NCBI GenBank assembly: GCA_012295275.1
Contig: CM022670.1
Coordinates: forward strand, 8,370,001 to 8,434,000
DNA: 64,000 nucleotides
Reading direction: 5' to 3'
Source: Chrysomallon squamiferum
Taxonomy: Eukaryota; Animalia; Mollusca
Both the position numbers and the translations under genes were made by a program. This document shows, in pieces, positions 56,888 through 64,000 of the stretch. Below the pieces are notes generated by a model that made no database searches, was not told the origin of the DNA, and worked only from the letters and a program-made list of their open reading frames with translations. How positions within the stretch are numbered: position 1 is the first letter of the stretch; each line of letters starts with the position of its first letter.

Positions 56888-57867
56888 TTAGTTTTCTCAG
56901 ACACTTTAGATATATCTATTCTTGTTTTCACAGCCGATGTAGGAAACTGTAGGATAATTCCTGGTAATTCCAGAGCAATTGCTATAGCAAAGTATAACGA
57001 TGTTACTCAAAAGCTCCGCAGCTGCGTCAACAACGTCGAACAAGGAAAATACGATGTCCACGTCCTCGGCAACTACGAGGGCAATGTTCACACAAGACCT
57101 GCATCAGCGGGAACGACAAGTGTGTACATCAAAGGAGAAAGTTCAAAACCTGTTGTTTTAGTTTTGTCAAGTTATGAACCAGTGAAATGGGTCATTCATT
57201 GTGACAGCCGTGTCAAAATGCATGCTGTACTGATGGTATTTATTTATTTATTTACATTTGTTTACTCAATTATTTGCTGATTCATTAATCAATCAGTTGC
57301 TAGATCTGCGAGTTAGTCAGAAGATCCTTCATCGTGAGTCAGTAATAGCTCAGTTATTAAGTTTGCCAATGTCTGTATAAGCCAATTAGCAGCTCACTCG
57401 GTTGTTGAATCAAAACGTGTTAGTGACAGATATAGAGGCAGAGAGACCTATAAACAAAGATTATAGAAATATAGATACTGTTATTAGTGCACAGTTAGAT
57501 GGTTAAAATCTAATTTGTTGGTCAAACCTTTCTGAACGTGACACTTTAAACATCGGATATATTTACATCATCTTTTACGCACTTTGAAATAATTTCTTTC
57601 AGTTCAGCTATTACCATACTATCAGCTCTGTGGATGTCAGTGACGTGGATAACTCAGGGTCAGTTATGATTGAGAAGGCGAGAAGATCATCTGCGATTGG
57701 TGACGACTCAGGAGGTGGAGACACAGTCGGCTTGTTGAAGTATCTCGACTTTAGATGGGGATCTGTAAAATCATTTTCCGGATGTTACAGAGCGGATGAG
57801 TGGACTCTCAAAGTATCCAAAGTGGAAGAGAAACCTAAAGGAAACATCTCAGTCAAATCATCGGCAG
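55486..57867 (+). CDS. Divergent (type B) EGF-like and SYEPV domain exons (55486-55602, 56934-57235, 57603-57867)
   Basis: SCTRYCSGSYKTGAKCINGFCECNKPGYNKYTCL | DVGNC..DVHVLGNYEG..KPVVLVLSSYEPVKW | FSYY..GDDSGGGDTVGLL..SFSGCYRADEWTLKV... Intron positions are conserved with type A (middle exon is 302 nt in both). Ends at the phase-1 donor CAG|GTAAGG. Confidence 0.85.
56080..56465 (-). mobile_element. Internally deleted Tigger/pogo fragment in an intron
   Basis: Minus-strand DRKKVSAKDSAEMKKRMMSIELKHEIIEKHELGV resembles the Tigger N-terminal HTH. TIR-like AGTGGTACTTTGACTTACGAGTTTAATT at 56081. Confidence 0.75.
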
Positions 57868-58165
57868 GTAAGGTTTCTAGTCTTAATTGCAACACAGAGA
57901 GATATACACACAGAGACACAGGCAAAGAAAGATAACAGAAATATAGACAGATATTTTATAGTAAAACAGAAAATTACAGAGTGAACGAAAGTGAGAGACG
58001 GAGTAAAAAACTATACATAAAAAGAAAAATTGAAAGAAGCGATTTCTTAATTCATGTTCAATTATTTATTATCAAATATATAAAATATTTCACATTACAA
58101 CAAAACATACATTTTTCAACATGTTACTGATGAAATGATTGAAACAATAATTTATTTTATTTCAG

Positions 58166-58218
58166 TGACAAACTGTCCGAATTCAAAAGACTGCTGGATG
58201 AATCTCATCACTTTGTAG
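58166..58218 (+). CDS. Truncated TARSH-type exon ending in a stop (VTNCPNSKDCWMNLITL*)
   Basis: Acceptor ttatttcag| as at 19820. After ~34 nt it is fused to intron sequence GAATCTCATCACTTTG (cf. 39120); TAG at 58216-58218. Confidence 0.55.
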
Positions 58219-58540
58219 TAATATTTGTTATATACTTTACATACACACATACATACATACATACGTACATACATACACATACATAGATACATACATACAT
58301 ACATACATACGTACATATACATTTGTGTATATATATATATATATATATATATAGTCATTTTATCGGTTAGCAGTAATGTATATTTATATATAACTTTTGA
58401 TGAAGAAGGCTGATAAAGTGGTTTTGGGCTGCTAGGTAAAATGGGAAATACCTTGATGTCTGTGTGTGTTTTACATGCAGTATGTGTTTGATTATTTAAA
58501 ACATTATGTGTTGAAAGGAAATTATTTTGCTTTCTTGCAG

Positions 58541-58755
58541 TATTCTTACTATCTGGATAAGAGTCCAGTAAGCGTGAGTGGCGGATCAAACCCTCCAGTT
58601 GAGAAAAGCAAAAAGAGTCATTGGATATGGTAGTGACAGTGGCGGAGGTGACACACTCAAGTTACTGGCTGAAGTCAAGAAACTCTTTTGTCATGTGACT
58701 TCCTTTTCTTGAACTTACCAAGTTGACCACTGTTCACTCACGGTGGGCATCTAGC
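58541..58755 (+). pseudogene. Frameshifted orphan copy of the terminal YSYYLDK...LTVGI* exon
   Basis: Similar to 39373-39585 but with indels and a TGA; followed by the 3' flank that is not joined to intron-1 sequence. Confidence 0.75.
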
Positions 58756-60119
58756 TTATCATTTGACTGTGCAAAGTCTCTGTTGTCCCACTGTCTAACG
58801 AATATTTTAATCAGAGTAATAATCATGAGTTCTTGTTCAATACAGTCAAACCTCTTTATAACGGCTCCCAGGAAACAGCATCTATTTATCGCTCACACAT
58901 GTTAGAACATCGACCGCCTGTATTTAAATATATATTAATTTAACCCCTATTTTCGCCCCCTGCCCAGATATCCGCATTGTGTATTATAAAATTGTAACAA
59001 ATAGCTGATTCATCTATTGGTACTTCCTCATTGCCAGAGAGATATTGTGGAAATAATGAAGAAACGAGGAACCGTTCTGCTTTGTGACAGTGAACGGTCA
59101 CTCGAGATCTAATATATAATTCAAAACAAAGTTTTCATACCTTCTAACAATTATATTACTTTTAAAAATTAAGACTTCCCCGTTCAAATTGCATGTACTT
59201 CAGTATCTGTATAAATAAACATGCTGAAAACCGCAATCAAGGCTCTTTCCTCATGGCTTGTCTTTCAAAACAACATGTATTGAAACCCAAATATCATTAA
59301 GTTCAAAACAAATACATCATTCATTTCTTCGAGAGAAAGTGAAGACAAAACAAGATATAAACACTTCAACAATCAGCGTTTTTTGTAATTTAAATTTTTT
59401 CTTTGACACCCGCTTATCGAACTACCCAAATAAACCATCTATAATTCAGCATACAGTTAGTAATTCTCTAAGACAATCGTGCTAACTCTGGGGTATTTTT
59501 AGGCCAGTTCTGATATTTGGTATGTGTAGTACCTAATAATCTCAGAAAACATCTACCGTCCAGTTCATTATAAACACAAAAATCAACTGAGCAACTCTAT
59601 CAGTGTTATAAACTGGTTTGACTGTATTTCATGTTTTCTTATTTCCTACTTGTAATAGAATTCTTTTCAAATAAATTCACTCAGAAATATGAATATTTGT
59701 TGTCTTTGTGAATACCTTTCCGTATTTAACAGACGATTGCTAGATTTCGTTCTTGCGAATGAGCTTATGCTTAAATAACATCTTTTCATATACATATTAC
59801 TTTAACATGAAAAATGTTTCAATATTAAATTTTTGGCTTCCATTCACAACACACATACACATGCATAGATATGGACACAAAAAGGCATAGATGTATACTA
59901 CACACACTCACGCACACACACATATACAGACACACACACATATACAAACATACACACATGCACACACATATACATACATACACACATATACATACATACA
60001 CAGATGCACACACACATATACATGCACACACACACATACATACATACACACACATATACATACATTCACACACATATACATACATACACACATGCACACA
60101 CACATACTTACATACATAC

Positions 60120-60305
60120 ATACATATATGATTACAATGTCATCCGTTACTATAGATGTTCTCTGAGACGTCGTCATCTGTGCCAAATAATACCCCCGGT
60201 CACGACATCCTCTCAGAATTTATCATAAATCGAAGTAGACGCCTACGGTGTTGTTTTCCTACGTTTTATCACTAATCTACTGATTTTAGATAAACTATCT
60301 CGTTT
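60120..60305 (-). repeat. Inverted copy of the 13665-13860 element
   Basis: Reverse-complement match read directly. Confidence 0.85.
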
Positions 60306-60551
60306 TTGGAGCGTTTTAAATTAAAGGATGAAGATCTTAAAACGTTTTAATATTAAGAATTAAATCTGTTTTAGTTTTCTCACCGTTAATACTGTCAAAA
60401 TCATTTATTCTATTTCTATACACAAACTTTTCTGATTAATCTAAACTTTTTGAAAATAAAGATAAACATAAAGATAAATATGAAAGCATGAAATTAAAAG
60501 TGTTGAATACAATTTACTCATACGATCAAACAACTAATAATAATCACAATA

Positions 60552-60582
<31 letters not shown>

Positions 60583-60614
60583 AATAATAATAATAATAGT
60601 AGTAATAATAATAA

Positions 60615-61500
60615 TGACAACAATAAACGAATAAATAAATAAATGTATTCTTTGTAAGTAATAAAAGATTCAAAACAAATAATTCTAGTGTCTGGGATCG
60701 AAGCACGTTATTCCTACTTAAACTGTACCGTTAAAACATTAAGTGTCTCTGGAACAGATGTAATTTATTCTTACTCAGCACTGTTCAAAGCTGACCTGTT
60801 TAATCTCAGGTGACAATATGATGCCACTAAAATATTTTCCATAAAAAAGCATCCAGCAGTGAAATGACCAAAGCAACACGTTTATACGCTTATCCACACG
60901 ACATATCTTGTTTTATGACAAAATAAAAACGTGCTATCCAAAAACACCATAAAAGCATTTTATATTCTCGGAAACAGTAGAAACTTTTGTTCAACATCCC
61001 AAATTTTTTGTTAAAAAATACAAAAAAAAAAAAAAAATAATAATAATAAAAATAAATAAATAATAATAATAATAATAAAGAAAAGGAAAATAAAAATAAA
61101 TATGTAAATTTAGATGACATTTTATATTAAGCTTTTTTTTCTCTTTTTTCTTTTTGTTCTGTAAATAATTTTTTTTAATGGATGGAGAGAGCTGGATAAT
61201 GAACAAATGAATGTATGATGGAAGGATGTAAAATTGATGAATGAGCGCATAATAGCAAGAATAAATGGATGAATTAATAAATAATTTATTACAGAACCCA
61301 AAGCACATGTTTTTGTATTAAATTTTTTGGCATTAATTTCCTCTAAATTAAAAATATTAGTTTAGGAAGACTCTCGCTTTGCTACATGTAAACAACATGA
61401 CACCACATACCACAGTTTTGGGGTACTGAATGAATGAAAAGAGGAGTAGATATAAATTATTATACATTTTCGATGTACTTAGGATATGTTTATGTATATA
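60615..61500 (+). repeat. Duplicate of the protocadherin last intron end, terminal exon (60779-60844) and 3'UTR (9320-10160)
   Basis: Colinear, highly similar sequence; the 66-nt exon and its acceptor are identical. No upstream protocadherin exons precede it. Confidence 0.92.
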
Positions 61501-61573
61501 CACATACATACATAAACATATCCGAAGTAAAAAAAAATTCTAACAGTCTTTGCAAAAAACGAATTTCGACAGT

Positions 61574-61621
<48 letters not shown>

Positions 61622-62304
61622 CAATAATAATAATAATGGCAATAACAACGAAATTCACATTGTTCGTTTCTATGTCAGTTTCTGTGAGTAACGTCAGTGT
61701 TGTTTTCAAATGACTGAACTCGTGTCGGTTGATTTCAAGTGAAAAAATTCGTATCTCTCTATCAGTTGTATTGAATAAATAGTGTCTTGTTTCCGAGTGA
61801 AAATACTCCTGTTTCAGAACTGATTTAAATGAATAAACATTTACATCCATAATGATTTCAAATGATTTAACTTGTGTCAACTTATTAAATACTCCTGAAT
61901 AGTATTCCTTTACTCGTCACACGGTAATCTAAAAGTAAATAAAAATATATGTTTTATTAATTAATTAATGTAAAAATATAGCAAGGAGTTTAAAAAGATG
62001 CAAATAATACTGAATAACATAAAACATAATAATCAATTAAATTAAATTAAATTTAATTAAAAATTAAATAAATAAATAAATACATAAAAGAATATATAAA
62101 TAAATAAATAACATTAACCAAAACCACAGCACCGATAATAATGACAACAACAATAAAATAGTGACGATAAATTAAAAACAATACCATGTTCAGCAGGAAT
62201 AAACTAATAATAAAATAACAACAATAACAGAAAATCAACAACAATAATAATAAAACAACATCCTATAATAAAAAATAGTATTAGTAATGGAAGTAGTAGT
62301 AGTA

Positions 62305-62362
<58 letters not shown>

Positions 62363-62374
62363 TAATAATAATAA

Positions 62375-62649
62375 TGTATTAGTATTTGTTTGATCTATTT
62401 TATAATCAGACAAACATCTAGTTGCTGGAGGCAAATGACCTGATGTTTTTAATCTTGGTGAAACCAGGCCCAGATAACCTTCTGGACGAGTGACCCAATA
62501 AACTTTTGTACTTTTACTTCTAATATTTAAATATACACATCACGTATTTGTAGATCTTCACATTTCTGATATTTATATTAAATAATAGTAACAACAGCAG
62601 CAATAACAACAATAACCACAAAAACAACAATAACAACTACAACATCAGC

Positions 62650-62683
<34 letters not shown>

Positions 62684-62920
62684 GTAATAATAATAATAAT
62701 AATAATAACAATAATAATGTATTAGTAGTTGTTTTATCTGTTTTATCATCAGACAAACATCTAGTTGTTGGAGGTAAATGACCTGATGTTTTTAATCTTG
62801 GTGAAACCAGGTGGAGATAATGTTCTGCACGAGTGAACCAATAAACTTTTACTTCTAATATTTAAATATACACATCACGTATCTGTAGGCCTTCACCTTT
62901 CTGACATTTATATTAAATAA
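62375..62920. repeat. Two ~200-bp direct repeats (period 343 bp) separated by AAC/AAT microsatellite
   Basis: ATCAGACAAACATCTAGTTG.TGGAGG.AAATGACCTGATGTTTTTAATCTTGGTGAAACCAGG at ~62405 and ~62748. Confidence 0.9.
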
Positions 62921-63224
62921 TAATAATAATAATAATAATAATACTAATAATAGCAATAAAAATAATTTTAATAATAGCAGTAAAACCTTTTTTAATAATA
63001 ATAATAAAAGTAATAATAATAATAGAAATAATAATAGCAATTATGCTAATAATAATAGCTATAACAACAATAATAACAGCGATAATAACAACAGTAATAA
63101 TAATAAAAATAGTAATAATGATAATTATAATAAGAACAAACAACAACTACAACAACACTAATAATAATAATGATAAAAATTAACGACAACAACAACAACA
63201 ACAATAATAATAATAATAATAATA

Positions 63225-63272
<48 letters not shown>

Positions 63273-63492
63273 AAGAAGAAGAAGAAGAAGAAGAAGAAAC
63301 AACAATTACCCAAAAAGGTAATACAATACATAAACACACACATTCTTAATATCAATTTTGTCACGTTCAACTTTGAAAATTCAGGTGAATACCTTTTAGG
63401 CAAATCACAAACAATAAAAAAAAATTTCAGGTTTATAAATAACAGAGATCGCTATACACCTTTTACAGATGATATTCAGTTTAGTTAAAGAC

Positions 63493-63552
63493 ATGGATGT
63501 TTCGATCTTATTTCTACTTGTTTTTTCCCAGTCTCTATTTGTTTCGGCAACG
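63493..63552 (+). CDS. Signal-peptide exon (MDVSILFLLVFSQSLFVSAT) of a probable paralogous secreted-protein gene continuing beyond the window
   Basis: Acceptor ccttttacag| at 63468, 20 codons from ATG 63493, donor ACG|GTAAGT in phase 0. Same MDV start, length, terminal Thr and phase as 16964-17023. An in-frame upstream ATG is at 63469. Confidence 0.7.
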
Positions 63553-63772
63553 GTAAGTTTTATCTTAGTTTTATGCTGTCTACATGTATATGTATATATG
63601 TATTTATGTATGTATGTATGTATGTATGTATGTTTGTATGTAAGCATATGTGTATATATGTATATATGTATGTATGTATGTATGACAAAAATATCATTTT
63701 TTCTTATGTACTAAGCAAAAAAATGTAGCAATCTTTAATAGAATTACTTCTTTCTCTTCTTTTTAAAAATAT

Positions 63773-63807
<35 letters not shown>

Positions 63808-64000
63808 TGAACTTGTAGATCATCGGGTGGCTTACTTTATCATTCAAGTAAACCCAAAAGTATGAATTAATTTTATTTGTTTATTATAAATATATTTTGT
63901 ATATACCGAAATGTTAGGAATCCTTATATCTGCGGAATTTATACTGGTATATTATATATGACAATGAATTTAGAAAAAATAATTATATAAAATGAAACCA

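Overview
AT-rich, microsatellite-dense animal genomic DNA; a coleoid cephalopod is the likely source, inferred from the protocadherin style. (1) A complete 7-cadherin-repeat protocadherin: one large exon at 5204-7921 plus three small cytoplasmic exons ending at 9550. (2) An unannotated multi-exon gene for a secreted mosaic protein spanning about 16.96-58.9 kb, which the ORF track shows only as fragments. Reading splice sites and phases by hand gives, in order: a 20-codon signal-peptide exon; a 16-nt VNNNN exon; an ABI3BP/TARSH-FNDC1 C-terminal-like domain (3 exons); a phage-tail/bacterial-type glycine-rich domain (3 exons); arrays of 33-nt phase-1 Ser/Thr/Pro micro-exons, each inside a ~1.2 kb or ~0.74 kb tandem repeat (19 EPSS-type, 4 ELTT-type); a 6-Cys EGF/EB-like exon; and an uncharacterised 'PVVLVLxSYEPVxW' domain. 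The gene body is tandemly repeated four times (9.5-12 kb cassettes) behind a single signal-peptide exon. (3) Degenerate Penelope, pogo and Tigger elements in introns. (4) An orphan duplicate of the protocadherin last exon and 3'UTR at 60.6-61.5 kb. (5) A paralogous signal-peptide exon at 63493 that probably starts a related gene. Some cassette copies carry lesions that may be assembly errors. All exon calls are by eye, without transcript evidence.
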